Below are positions 17,769 through 26,769 of a stretch of 64,000 bases of DNA, one piece after another (position 1 is the stretch's first letter; every line of letters begins with the position of its first letter). The DNA comes from Alkalispirochaeta sp. GTDB lineage: Bacteria > Spirochaetota > Spirochaetia > DSM-27196 > Alkalispirochaetaceae. Position numbers and translations under genes: made by a program. The notes under the pieces were generated by a model. That model ran no database searches. It was not told where the DNA came from and saw only the letters and a program-made list of their open reading frames with translations. Where the stretch lies: NCBI GenBank assembly GCA_965601925.1, contig OZ271854.1, forward strand, positions 4,896,001 to 4,960,000. The letters run 5' to 3'.

Positions 17769-17954
17769 TTATTGGCGGATATTGACACGTTGCAAGACCT
17801 CCGCATCGCGACGGTAGAAGTCCATCGCGATCTCATACCACCACCTGAGATCGCGTACGCTCATCGCGGCGATCTCGGAGGGTGGAAATCCAAAACGGTC
17901 GGCGACGGTGCCCATGAGTTCACGGAGCTCTCCGTCGCCGATTAGGCGAAAAAA
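17769..17954 (-). CDS. Frameshifted C-terminal extension of the tail assembly chaperone (gpT/GpE'-like)
   Basis: -1 frame ORF ...VADRFGFPPSEIAAMSVRDLRWWY..., matching the P2 GpE'-type FxxxPSExxxMxxxxLxxW pattern. Confidence 0.7.
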   Translation of the reverse strand, partial: FFRLIGDGELRELMGTVADRFGFPPSEIAAMSVRDLRWWYEIAMDFYRRDAEVLQRVNIRQ

Positions 17955-18466
17955 CCGGTTAGCGCCCCCAAAACCCGCATGTCCCGACGATAGATGCGCT
18001 CGGCGATTCCGAGCGGCCAACTCGTATCGAGGACCGTTATGACGCGAAGGGTCAGCTCCGTCGCCTGTGCGAGCTCGACCTGCATGTCGTCCCCGCCCCC
18101 ACGGGAGACGAACATGTTGCGGCCGATCTTTCTGAGATCCGCCGCCGTTGGCTCCCGCAGAACGACCGTGTCGAAGGACGCGCCGTTGTCGAGGGTAAAG
18201 GGCCGCTGTAGACGGTAGAGGAGCGTGCCCTCACTGGCGTCGTAGTCGACCCACCCCTTGCGGATCGCCGCAAGCACGATCGGCCGCTGGCCCGCGGCGA
18301 GCAGCCCCCACTCGCGCTCCATCGACGCCAACCACTGCTCGGCAACCTCACCGGCCACGACATCGTCGGTCGAATCGTAGTCCGGGTTTCGGTGCTCTTC
18401 GTGAGCGTCGCGGGCCGCGTCCGACATTGTCCCGTTCGACCCGCGATCGATCTCCGTTCTATTCAC
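17942..18466 (-). CDS. Phage tail assembly chaperone (Mu gp41-like)
   Basis: Follows the tube; LQRPFTL...VVLREPTAADL...RDMRVL motif. Confidence 0.78.
   Translation of the reverse strand: MNRTEIDRGSNGTMSDAARDAHEEHRNPDYDSTDDVVAGEVAEQWLASMEREWGLLAAGQRPIVLAAIRKGWVDYDASEGTLLYRLQRPFTLDNGASFDTVVLREPTAADLRKIGRNMFVSRGGGDDMQVELAQATELTLRVITVLDTSWPLGIAERIYRRDMRVLGALTGFFA
17948..17954 (-). promoter_or_regulatory. Programmed -1 ribosomal frameshift heptamer T TTT TTC
   Basis: ACC GGT TTT TTC GCC TAA at the end of the chaperone gene; the -1 frame stays open to 17769. Confidence 0.75.
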
Positions 18467-18485
18467 ACGATCTCTCCGGGACGCA

Positions 18486-18869
18486 TTACACCGGTGCGAA
18501 CTGTACGCCGCGCATGGAGATTCCCAACGTTCCGTCGCGTCCGCTATAGGAGATATCGCCCTCGACCTGGAGCTCCCCCATCCACGTCTCGCCGGTGGCC
18601 AGGGTGAGGGTTACCGGCGTCGGCGCGCTATGGTCGGCGACCGCCTGGAGGGCGGCGAAGTCCTGCGTCTCCGGGTCGATGCTAATCGTCAATCCGTCGA
18701 ATCCGCCGAGTTTGCGCGTCTGCGTCGTGTGCATACCGCCGTTGCCGGTCGGTGCGTTGGTGTTGGTGAAGCCTGCGCGAATCAAGGTGACGCTCGTCTG
18801 GGGCGCCGGCGCATACTCGCGTCCGTCGATCGTAAGTTGGCGGATGTCACCGCCCCGTACCGTTGCCAT
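18486..18869 (-). CDS. Tail tube protein (Mu gpM-like)
   Basis: 127 aa, beta-rich, TAATG-coupled to the sheath; VTLTLATGETW...DGTLGISMRG; GGAGG RBS. Confidence 0.8.
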   Translation of the reverse strand: MATVRGGDIRQLTIDGREYAPAPQTSVTLIRAGFTNTNAPTGNGGMHTTQTRKLGGFDGLTISIDPETQDFAALQAVADHSAPTPVTLTLATGETWMGELQVEGDISYSGRDGTLGISMRGVQFAPV

Positions 18870-20359
18870 TAGTTCGTACCTCCAACGAGAAAAGCCCATT
18901 CCACCTTCGCCGCCAGGATGCGTAGGCCCGCCGACGGAATGTCCGGTATGAGAAGATTGACGCGTCCCGGGTTGGCGGCGTCGATCTCCGCGGTGACGCC
19001 GGCGGCCACCGTATCGCGGTCGGCGGTAAGTCCCCGTGCCGACCAGTCGTTGACGAGCGCCAAGGCGTAGGCGACGACGGTGTTGGGTCTGACCGCGTAG
19101 GTCGGAGCCGGGGGCGCCGAGTCGGCGACGATCACCGCCTGCTGAAAGGGCGCCGACGAGAAGGTGATATCCAGCGCGTTAATCTTGAACTGCAGGTTGG
19201 GAATGATCACTGCAAAGCGCCAATCGTCGGTCGGCACGCCGGTATCGGTGGTGGTGCGCGTGGTGACCGTGTCGCCGATCGTCACACCGCCGTCGGGCAG
19301 GTTATAGGTGTGCGAGCCGCCGGCCTTTACCAACTGGTCGCGCACGGCGTAGGTAAGATCGTTCGCCCCCCCGGCGAGGATGCCCGGGATGCGATTGCCG
19401 CGCACCGGTACGCCCGGTCGCGAACCGTGAGCACCGGCCCACATACCGGCAAAGGCCGGCGCGATCTCGAAGGGAGCGCTCGGCGAACCCAGAACCGGAA
19501 CGGTGACGGTAAACTCCGAATTACGCCCGCCCAAAAAGGAGGTGTACTGGTCGATCGTACCGGTGAATCCGACGATCTGAACGCACATGCGCTTGACCCC
19601 CGGTGCCTGGCGGTCACGACACGCCGTCTCCACCGCAGAAATTGTCGCCCCATCGTCGTAGGGGTTTGCGATCTCGGAGTACCACGTGTCGCCGAGGCCG
19701 GCGAGCGCCGCGGTAAGATCGGGGGCACCGGCGCCGCCGGTCATCTTGTTGGTTGCCGGTACGGTGACCGAGATATCGGTCGGCAACACATCGGTCGACC
19801 GCAGGCCCATACGCACATCGATCTGGTTACCCGAGAGTCCCGCCCACTTCGCGGCAAGGGTAACCGTACCGTCCGCGGGCGCGGCGTCGGCGGCGCTCAC
19901 CGGTAGCCTGGGGTCGGCGTTCACCGCGTTCACGAGGGAGGTTCCGATAGCCGCCGCCGTGTCACCGGAGGCGACCCCGACCGCGACGCGCCGTCCCGCG
20001 ATATAGATCGCCACCTCGCCGGCTCCGGCCGCCGTGCCGACTACGGTAACGGTCGCCGTCGCCGAGGCGGTTCCACCCGACACCGGAAGGGCCGACACGC
20101 GGTAGCCGCCACCGTAGCGAAAGACCGCCTCGGCCATGAGCGCGAGTAGCGACCCCTCGCCGTAGCGATCGCGGGCGTCGGCGACGTCGCGCAGAGCCTG
20201 CGGCACGTCGACCGTCGGCGTCAAAGCGGTGTCGAATTGACCGATCAAGAGAACATGGTGCTCGAACGCGGGAGACCCGCCCGCGCGATTGACCGCCTCC
20301 TGCTCGACAAAGGTCGCCGAAGCGGCGGCGGTGGCGGGGGTCAGCGTAAAACTAATCAT
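18869..20359 (-). CDS. Contractile tail sheath protein (Mu gpL-like)
   Basis: MISF...VLLIGQ...YGEGSLLALMA...IYIAGRRV...DPRLPVSA...VTLAAKWAGLSGNQID...GGAGAPDL...NPGRVNLLIP. Confidence 0.93.
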   Translation of the reverse strand: MISFTLTPATAAASATFVEQEAVNRAGGSPAFEHHVLLIGQFDTALTPTVDVPQALRDVADARDRYGEGSLLALMAEAVFRYGGGYRVSALPVSGGTASATATVTVVGTAAGAGEVAIYIAGRRVAVGVASGDTAAAIGTSLVNAVNADPRLPVSAADAAPADGTVTLAAKWAGLSGNQIDVRMGLRSTDVLPTDISVTVPATNKMTGGAGAPDLTAALAGLGDTWYSEIANPYDDGATISAVETACRDRQAPGVKRMCVQIVGFTGTIDQYTSFLGGRNSEFTVTVPVLGSPSAPFEIAPAFAGMWAGAHGSRPGVPVRGNRIPGILAGGANDLTYAVRDQLVKAGGSHTYNLPDGGVTIGDTVTTRTTTDTGVPTDDWRFAVIIPNLQFKINALDITFSSAPFQQAVIVADSAPPAPTYAVRPNTVVAYALALVNDWSARGLTADRDTVAAGVTAEIDAANPGRVNLLIPDIPSAGLRILAAKVEWAFLVGGTN

Positions 20360-20976
20360 ACTCTTCCCTCCAATTGATACAATCCGGACCAACGGCCCGT
20401 ATCGATGTGTATTTCATTCAGCGGAACGCCCTGGACCTCGCCCACGTCCCACACCAGTTCAACGGTCATAACGACCCGCCGCGTCCGGGAGGGGTGCACG
20501 CCGTGGCGCGGGTCGTCCCAAGAGCTCGGATCGTTCCACGAGATCGTGACCTGCGGTTGCGCAAGCCTCCCGACCACGCCGATGGGCAAGTCAAAGTCCC
20601 AACCTCCCGCGGTCCACAAAGCACGAATCACTTGGGTCACGAGGTAGCGCAGGCGCGCCCCGACCGCCGTGTCCGCCTCCGCAGGGGTGGGAAAGGTTGC
20701 GCCGGTGGGAACCGCCGAGACGCAGTCGAGGTAATAGGCCGCCTCGTAGGCCATGGCGCGCGCCGAGCTCGCCTCACCGCCCCGAAACTTCAACTCCGCG
20801 GCGTAGACGAAAACACTCGCGGGATCGTCGGAGGTGGCGCCCACGTCGGTGGTGTTGTCGGAACGCACCACGAATGCACGGCCCGGGTCCGCCGCCGCCT
20901 CGTCGGCCGCAAACGACTCCAGGCGCGCCACCACGCGATCGAACACGATATCGAAGACCTCGCGTACGTCGCTCAT
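20356..20976 (-). CDS. Putative tail terminator / completion protein
   Basis: Immediately upstream of the sheath with an ATGA overlap; alpha/beta pattern compatible; assignment by position. Confidence 0.55.
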   Translation of the reverse strand: MSDVREVFDIVFDRVVARLESFAADEAAADPGRAFVVRSDNTTDVGATSDDPASVFVYAAELKFRGGEASSARAMAYEAAYYLDCVSAVPTGATFPTPAEADTAVGARLRYLVTQVIRALWTAGGWDFDLPIGVVGRLAQPQVTISWNDPSSWDDPRHGVHPSRTRRVVMTVELVWDVGEVQGVPLNEIHIDTGRWSGLYQLEGRV

Positions 20977-21016
20977 ATCCTCACCCATCGGCGGGGGCAC
21001 TGGCGGCGCGAGGCGA

Positions 21017-21277
21017 TCATTTCGCCCCTTTCGCGGTGCGAGTCGTCCGGCGCGTATTAGGGGTCGGGCCGGCCTTTTCGGAGGTGGTGCGCTTGGCGCT
21101 CGTCTTCTTGGAAGTGCCGCGGCGCCCCGCGGGTCGCACGATCTCCTCGACTACGCCGCGCACGAGGAGCGACTCGATGTCGACGTGCCGCGCAGCCTCA
21201 TCGGAGATAACCGAACCGGGGCGCAAAACGCCTCGTCCTACCGCCACGGTATAGCCCTCTTTCACACGATACGACAT
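21017..21277 (-). CDS. Small basic phage-type protein, first gene of the tail operon
   Basis: YRVKEG...LRPGSVI...IESLLVRGVVEE, then a K/R/T-rich tail. Confidence 0.55.
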   Translation of the reverse strand: MSYRVKEGYTVAVGRGVLRPGSVISDEAARHVDIESLLVRGVVEEIVRPAGRRGTSKKTSAKRTTSEKAGPTPNTRRTTRTAKGAK

Positions 21278-21585
21278 GATTCGATATTACTCTTTCGATA
21301 TAAATATTTTCTCTGTAAAAGAAGCTCTTTGAGAAGACAGTGCTTGTCAACAGCAATATTATTTCTCTTGAAAAATAATGATTGAAACAAAGCTTGAGAA
21401 ATAATCACAACCTTACACTATCCTTAGTTTTTGACCGTGTCAAAGAGAAATCACCCCTTTTCAATGAATTCTTATTTATACAACTCGCAATATCCAACTG
21501 CTTGACAGGCCGCCCGAGTATGCCCGATTCTCGAAGCTGGTAGTCCGACGACAGCCGGCCGCAACGATGCAGCCGCGGAGGCTTT

Positions 21586-24198
21586 ATGAACCGCAGACCC
21601 GGCCAAAACCGCAATCGCCGCTCGCAACCACCGCTGTACGTAGACATCGACGTTCGTACGGAGCGCCGCTCCGCCGCCGGTGGTGGCGATGTCACGAAGA
21701 GGCGTCAAGACGCCGCAAGCCCCTCCGCGAAAACGGAAGCGGTACGTGACACATCCGCCCTCCAATACATCGTGAAACGCCATACCGGCGGAACCGTTTC
21801 GGGCTGGGTCGTGGTGCGCCACACCGACGGATCGATCGCCGTCGACCGCCTGGGCCGATACGGCGACGACATCACCGTCATCGACCGCGTTGACGGCATA
21901 ACCATGCGCTACCCCGATTCGGGAAGAGAACATCCCGCCGCCTTCGTCGCCCGTGTATTGGGAATCGACACTCGAGTCGTCGCGACCTCGCTTAAACGCG
22001 CAGGGTGGGAACGGCTCGACTACGACGGTGGGTGGTCGAATGCGCCCGACGGCGAGCCGTGGATTCTCGAAGGGTCGGATCACGAAGCGGCAGATGCGGC
22101 ATTTCGACGCATCGGCGGAGCGAGTACCTCGGGTAGGGACAACGCCCCCGACTACTCGCCCTCCGGCGAAACCGTGACGAAGCGCGGCATTCCCCTTAAC
22201 TCGCCGCCAAACACATTCGATAGTGAGGTCGCCCGCTCCCGGTCGCAATACGCCGGCCTCAAGGCGACCTATCGCACCCGCACGGGCGAGGAGCATCGTC
22301 GTTTCGGCGAGGAGATCATGGCGCGCGAGGACTCTCAACGCATCGTCGGTCGCGCCGGAAAGAGCGATCGACGCGGCACGGCCCGCACCGTGTCGGGAAC
22401 ACGAGAGCAACCGAGCGGCTCGCGGTCCGACGCGAACGGTGGGGACGATATACCGTCCTCGCCCACACAACGCCGCGATCCGGTCGACCTCGAGCGCGAA
22501 GCCTTTACAGTCGCTACCGGCTGGGTCGTCGTGCTGCGAACGAGCGGGCAGGTAATTGTCGACCGTAGAACGAGTTCCGGTAACGATGTCACGGTTGTTG
22601 ATGCGGTGCGCGGCACGACGGAGACGCATCGCTATCCAGGCAGCGGGAGTCGGACGGGGTTTATCTGTACGATTCTCGGACTTCCGTTCGATCCGACTCA
22701 CCCATTAGACAATCCCGTTAATCAAGGTTTAAGCGGAGCCGGTTGGACTTGGCATTCGGAGACCGATACGTGGACCAACTCACGGTCCGATACGGCGTGG
22801 ACATTATCCCGCATCCAACTCGATGAGATGCAGGTACAATCCTACTCCGCCGAGCAGGATGGGGGGGTAGGAGCAGAAGAGTTATCATCTTTAAAAATAG
22901 ATATCGCAATCCGGAACGCTCTCGCCGGCCTCGAAAGAGTAAGCTTCTTTAACGCAGGATCTACGGATCTTCACGAATTCGGAAGAATGCTCGCAAACGA
23001 ACCGAATCAACATACCGTTGAGCTCATTTCTGATCTGGCAAATCAACGGTCTCAGGAAGCTTCCGAGTACTTATTGTCTAGCGATACCGAGTCTGAAATC
23101 GGCGTCTGGAACTACGAGATTGCAAACTATGAATACCACCGATCACAGTTTTACCTCACCCTCGTAGCGGTCTTTCGAGGAACCATACCACCGAGTACTG
23201 CCGCGCCCGCGCGTCAAACGCTGGATATCGCATACCAGCGCCTCTCTTCGTTTCTACGGGACCGCAATCAGAACCCATTTCACGCTTCAGATGCGTCCAC
23301 GACTTTGAATACCTTGCACTATCGAGAAGCATCCTCAAGGCGAAACATCGAGACAGACTCCCCACCGGAGATTGACATTGTCATGGCGACGATCGGTGAG
23401 TTGCGAAGACTCATAACCCTGAGTGAACCCTTAGATGCGGAGTTCGAGGATCCGAACGATCCAAATGTCCAAAGACGAGTCGAAGCGGTTAACTTTCGAA
23501 TAGTCACGATGATGCTGGTACTACTCAGTACAGCGATCGTGAATCGTCACGGTGAGCTCCGACGATCATTGATAAGAGTATTTCCAGTGTCTCTCCGGTC
23601 GCACGAGCACTTGGATGCATTTCGTGAACTGGTAATACGACGAAATCCCGTAGACTACGAAAACTACCGAAGGCGCACCAACCAGAGGCTTGCGCGGATA
23701 GCACTGACCGCAGCACTAAGTTTGGCATTGGCCAAGGTGGCTATCGCGTCGAGTCTCATAAAAACTGTTAGCGTATCCGGTGCCTTGATCGGTGGAACTG
23801 TCGCATGGACGGGAACCGCATTAGGAGGAGGGTCTCGAGAGCAACGAATTCAAGCTGCCGTAATCGGGGCGATACTTGGCTCGTTCAATTTCGTACCGGC
23901 TCAAAACATGCCTGGACTAATGAGCTATCTAAGCCAAATTGGAATCGAGGCGGTGACCGGTGCCCTATCGTCTCTTTTTGGTCAAGTTTTTAGCGGAGCA
24001 GGTTCCATTGATTTTGACCATATAGGCGCGTCAGCTCTCCTTTCCGGCATAGCTAGCGCCACAAACTTTTCCAGTCTATTTCGTCATTTAGCCGATAATC
24101 GGATCATAATTTTAAATGAATTGGGAAAATTCACAGAATTAACATCGAATGTTATAGCTTCTAGAATCTTATTTCTCATGAGTGAAAGCCGAGAATGA
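21586..24198 (+). CDS. 870-aa hypothetical protein with duplicated N-terminal domain and Gly/Ala-rich hydrophobic C-terminus (candidate effector)
   Basis: GGAGG RBS; long open frame; internal repeat GWVVV..T.G...VDR....G.D.TV.D.V.G.T..RYP; several hydrophobic helices at the C-terminus. Confidence 0.75.
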   Translation: MNRRPGQNRNRRSQPPLYVDIDVRTERRSAAGGGDVTKRRQDAASPSAKTEAVRDTSALQYIVKRHTGGTVSGWVVVRHTDGSIAVDRLGRYGDDITVIDRVDGITMRYPDSGREHPAAFVARVLGIDTRVVATSLKRAGWERLDYDGGWSNAPDGEPWILEGSDHEAADAAFRRIGGASTSGRDNAPDYSPSGETVTKRGIPLNSPPNTFDSEVARSRSQYAGLKATYRTRTGEEHRRFGEEIMAREDSQRIVGRAGKSDRRGTARTVSGTREQPSGSRSDANGGDDIPSSPTQRRDPVDLEREAFTVATGWVVVLRTSGQVIVDRRTSSGNDVTVVDAVRGTTETHRYPGSGSRTGFICTILGLPFDPTHPLDNPVNQGLSGAGWTWHSETDTWTNSRSDTAWTLSRIQLDEMQVQSYSAEQDGGVGAEELSSLKIDIAIRNALAGLERVSFFNAGSTDLHEFGRMLANEPNQHTVELISDLANQRSQEASEYLLSSDTESEIGVWNYEIANYEYHRSQFYLTLVAVFRGTIPPSTAAPARQTLDIAYQRLSSFLRDRNQNPFHASDASTTLNTLHYREASSRRNIETDSPPEIDIVMATIGELRRLITLSEPLDAEFEDPNDPNVQRRVEAVNFRIVTMMLVLLSTAIVNRHGELRRSLIRVFPVSLRSHEHLDAFRELVIRRNPVDYENYRRRTNQRLARIALTAALSLALAKVAIASSLIKTVSVSGALIGGTVAWTGTALGGGSREQRIQAAVIGAILGSFNFVPAQNMPGLMSYLSQIGIEAVTGALSSLFGQVFSGAGSIDFDHIGASALLSGIASATNFSSLFRHLADNRIIILNELGKFTELTSNVIASRILFLMSESRE

Positions 24199-24340
24199 AC
24201 TTTCCTTTATTGATCCTTCATCATTTGCCCGCTATTTACTCTCAGGTAGCACGCCATTAATGGCAGCCATCGTAAAAGAGAATCGTGTCACGAAAACAAA
24301 GTCTCAAGGAGTATCGGTGACTCCCTCCCCCTTACTCCGC

Positions 24341-24458
24341 GATCCCGGCGTGCCAATCCGCGGCAACGGGATAGTACCAGTCCTCAACCGGAGCATTGAG
24401 CGTAAGAAAGAGACACCTCAAGGTGGATCGCCGCCGCGGTATTTTCGGAAACTATCTC
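24341..24458 (-). repeat. Decayed direct copy of the 3' end of the adenylate cyclase gene (24974-25093)
   Basis: gatcccggcgtgcca.tccgcgg.aacgg...ccagtcctc..ccgg...agaaagagacacc...gatcgccg aligns by eye, with substitutions and a small deletion. Confidence 0.8.
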
Positions 24459-24573
24459 CACGGCGTTGCTTGCGGATGGGGAGATGATCGACATCGCGCG
24501 CGCCTTAGATTGTCGATCGGCTAATCAATCGCGGCGTCGCAAGCTCCCGCTCCGAGCGCTACAGTGTGCGATA

Positions 24574-24867
24574 ATGAGGCTCTTATCGGCCTTGTTTGTC
24601 GCATTCCTCGTACTGACCGTCGTCTCGCACCCCCGGGCCGACGAGGGCTCCGCCGAGGACGAGTCGTCCGGATTCCGGGAGCTCGACGATGGATTGTTGC
24701 TTCGCGGTGGCGTAGGAACGGGTAATCAAACGATCTCTTTCGGTGTGCAAGATGCCGATCTGTCTCACCACGAAATCACCGTTGCGCCCAATGCATCCCT
24801 GTACGTGATCCTGGGACTTCAGTACCGTCGCATCGGCCAAGCTACGTCTCGTCACAACGGTGGGTAA
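24574..24867 (+). pseudogene. Probable truncated secreted / outer-membrane protein fragment
   Basis: Signal peptide MRLLSALFVAFLVLTVVSHPRA, then beta-strand-like APNASLYVILGLQYRRIG (reminiscent of DUF4421 N-termini), then an abrupt end. Confidence 0.4.
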
Positions 24868-24955
24868 CGTCGAGGAGACCGGCGAACGGCATCCGAGAAA
24901 TCGCATCATAGCACGGTAGTCGTCGACGTCGTATGCACGAGTGGGGCGACATCCC

Positions 24956-26425
24956 CTACCCGTCGTACCCCATGATCCCGGCGTGCCACTCCGCGGTAAC
25001 GGTACCGTTCCAGTCCTCGGCCGGCGGGTTGCGCTTGAGAAAGAGACACCGTTCCAGGTAGATCGCCGCGACGGTGTCCTCGGGAAACATCTCGATCGCG
25101 TGGCTCAGTCGATTGATCGCCGGGTCCCACTCTTTGAGCTTGTAGTACGAGATGCCCTGCAATAGGTGCGCGTGGCTCGCCTGCTTTTTGGCAAACCGCT
25201 CCTCGGGGTCGTTGTCGTAGACTTCATATATCACTTCCGGATGCGTCTTGCCTTTTACGGTAATCGAGTCGATCTCGCGGATGTGAAATCGGTCGGTATC
25301 ACGCAAGCCGTACGCGGTTGAATGGCTGATCAACAGCGGCAGGTCATAGAGTTTAGTGAGCGTCTCTATGCGCTTGGCAACCACCACGGCATCGCCGATC
25401 GCGGTGGTGTCCATGCGATCGAAGGAGCCGATCGTGCCGATGGTGACGTCTCCGGACGAGACGCCCATTCCGATCTGTATTTCCGGTTGGCCCGCCGCGG
25501 TGCGCCGAGCGTTGAACTCCCGGAGGTGCAGCTTGATATCCAGGGCGGCGAGCACCGCTCCGTCGGCCTCGGCGGCGTCGAACATCGCCATGAATCCGTC
25601 GCCGATGAACTTATCGATGACGCCTCCGTGTTTCGATATGATCGCGTTCATCTCGGCGAAGTAGCTGTTGAGAAAGCGCGATATGCCCTCGGGCTTCATA
25701 TCTTCGGCGAGAGAGGTGAAACCGCGAATATCCAAAAAGAGCACCGTCGCCGCCGCGCGCTCGGTGTATCCCAGACGTATGTTTTCTATGCCGTCCCGGG
25801 AGACGCGCTCCAAGTACTTGCGCGGCACAAAGAGCTCGAACGCCCTGAGCGTGTCGTTGACGCGTCCGAAGTTGAGGGCGTTTTCCAACGATATCGCGAT
25901 GAGGGACGAGAGAGCGCGGAGGAGCTCGACGTCGTCATCGTCGAACCGGTCCTTACCGATCTTATTGAGCACCTGGGTCACGCCGATGACGGTGCCTTCG
26001 CCGTTTCTGATCGCCATCGTCAGGAGGTTGCGCGTCTGATAGCCGGTGCGGCGGTCGATCTCGGGATTGAACCGGTCGTCGCGGTAGGCGTCGGCTATGT
26101 TGAGCGTTTCACCCGTTCGCGCCGCGACGCCGGCGATACCTTGATCGAGGGAGAAACGAATCTCCTCGACCTCGTCGCCTTTAAAGACGCGCGAGTAGAG
26201 TTCACCACGACTCCTGTCGATCAAAAAGAGCGTTGCGCGTTCGGCGTCAAGAACGTCGCTGGTCTTCTCGATCAGGAGTGTGAGCAGAGTCGTGAGGTCC
26301 ATCTCCGACATGATGGAGGTCGCCGCCTCGAGGAGGCGATTGAGCTTTTCGTTCTCTTTTTGATGATCGAGCACCTGTCGCGTCGCAGAGGCGGGCGTCT
26401 TACGGGCCGCATCGCCTTCAGCCAT
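24956..26425 (-). CDS. Class III adenylate/guanylate cyclase with GAF and TPR domains
   Basis: GAF (NIADAYRDDRFNPEIDRRTGYQTRNLL); cyclase motifs TVLFLDIRGFT, DKFIGDGFM, DTTAIGDAVVVAKRIE; GGAGG RBS. Confidence 0.93.
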   Translation of the reverse strand: MAEGDAARKTPASATRQVLDHQKENEKLNRLLEAATSIMSEMDLTTLLTLLIEKTSDVLDAERATLFLIDRSRGELYSRVFKGDEVEEIRFSLDQGIAGVAARTGETLNIADAYRDDRFNPEIDRRTGYQTRNLLTMAIRNGEGTVIGVTQVLNKIGKDRFDDDDVELLRALSSLIAISLENALNFGRVNDTLRAFELFVPRKYLERVSRDGIENIRLGYTERAAATVLFLDIRGFTSLAEDMKPEGISRFLNSYFAEMNAIISKHGGVIDKFIGDGFMAMFDAAEADGAVLAALDIKLHLREFNARRTAAGQPEIQIGMGVSSGDVTIGTIGSFDRMDTTAIGDAVVVAKRIETLTKLYDLPLLISHSTAYGLRDTDRFHIREIDSITVKGKTHPEVIYEVYDNDPEERFAKKQASHAHLLQGISYYKLKEWDPAINRLSHAIEMFPEDTVAAIYLERCLFLKRNPPAEDWNGTVTAEWHAGIMGYDG

Positions 26426-26595
26426 CTTGGTCCTCCGTGAAATCGTATTCTTACTTCTCCGGTGTGTCGCGCCGGCACGGTACGCTTTGCACTCCCTCGG
26501 TGGGAGTTGTAATTGCATCATTATATCGTATGCAGCGCATTCTTGCACGGAAGCCTTCGGAAGGAGGGGTCGAGGGGCGGGTAGTAATGGACGTT

Positions 26596-26706
26596 CTACA
26601 CCAAATTATGCCGTCGCGCCGTCTCCATGAGGCGGCGATTCCACGCGTTGTCGTTGAGAAAGCGCATCTTGTCGCGATAGTCGTCGATGCGGCTGGTGCG
26701 TTCCTG
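26596..26706 (-). repeat. Displaced 3' end (111 bp) of the 29393-32191 gene; direct repeat of 29393-29503
   Basis: Both copies encode QERTSRIDDYRDKMRFLNDNAWNRRLMETARRHNLV*; 4 mismatches, all silent. Confidence 0.93.
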
Positions 26707-26769
26707 GACTGCTCACCACGCCCAGCATATATCATGCAATATGAGGAGGTCGATTACATCACAGCAGAT

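Larger units (their letters stand above)
3025..24198. mobile_element. Headless Mu-like contractile phage-tail locus (candidate tailocin/CIS, or prophage remnant)
   Basis: Mu-like order of sheath, tube, chaperone, TMP position, gpN, gp44, gp45, gp46, gp47, gp48 and fibres, with no recognisable head, packaging, integrase, replication or lysis genes; bounded by host genes. Confidence 0.8.

Noticed and set aside
21345..21350. TTGACA (minus strand) as -35 of the tail operon
   Set aside because: There is no plausible -10 hexamer at 16-18 nt spacing.
24182..24487. Immunity gene for the 870-aa protein
   Set aside because: Half of the ORF is the antisense of the decayed cyclase fragment; it has no RBS and no TM segments.
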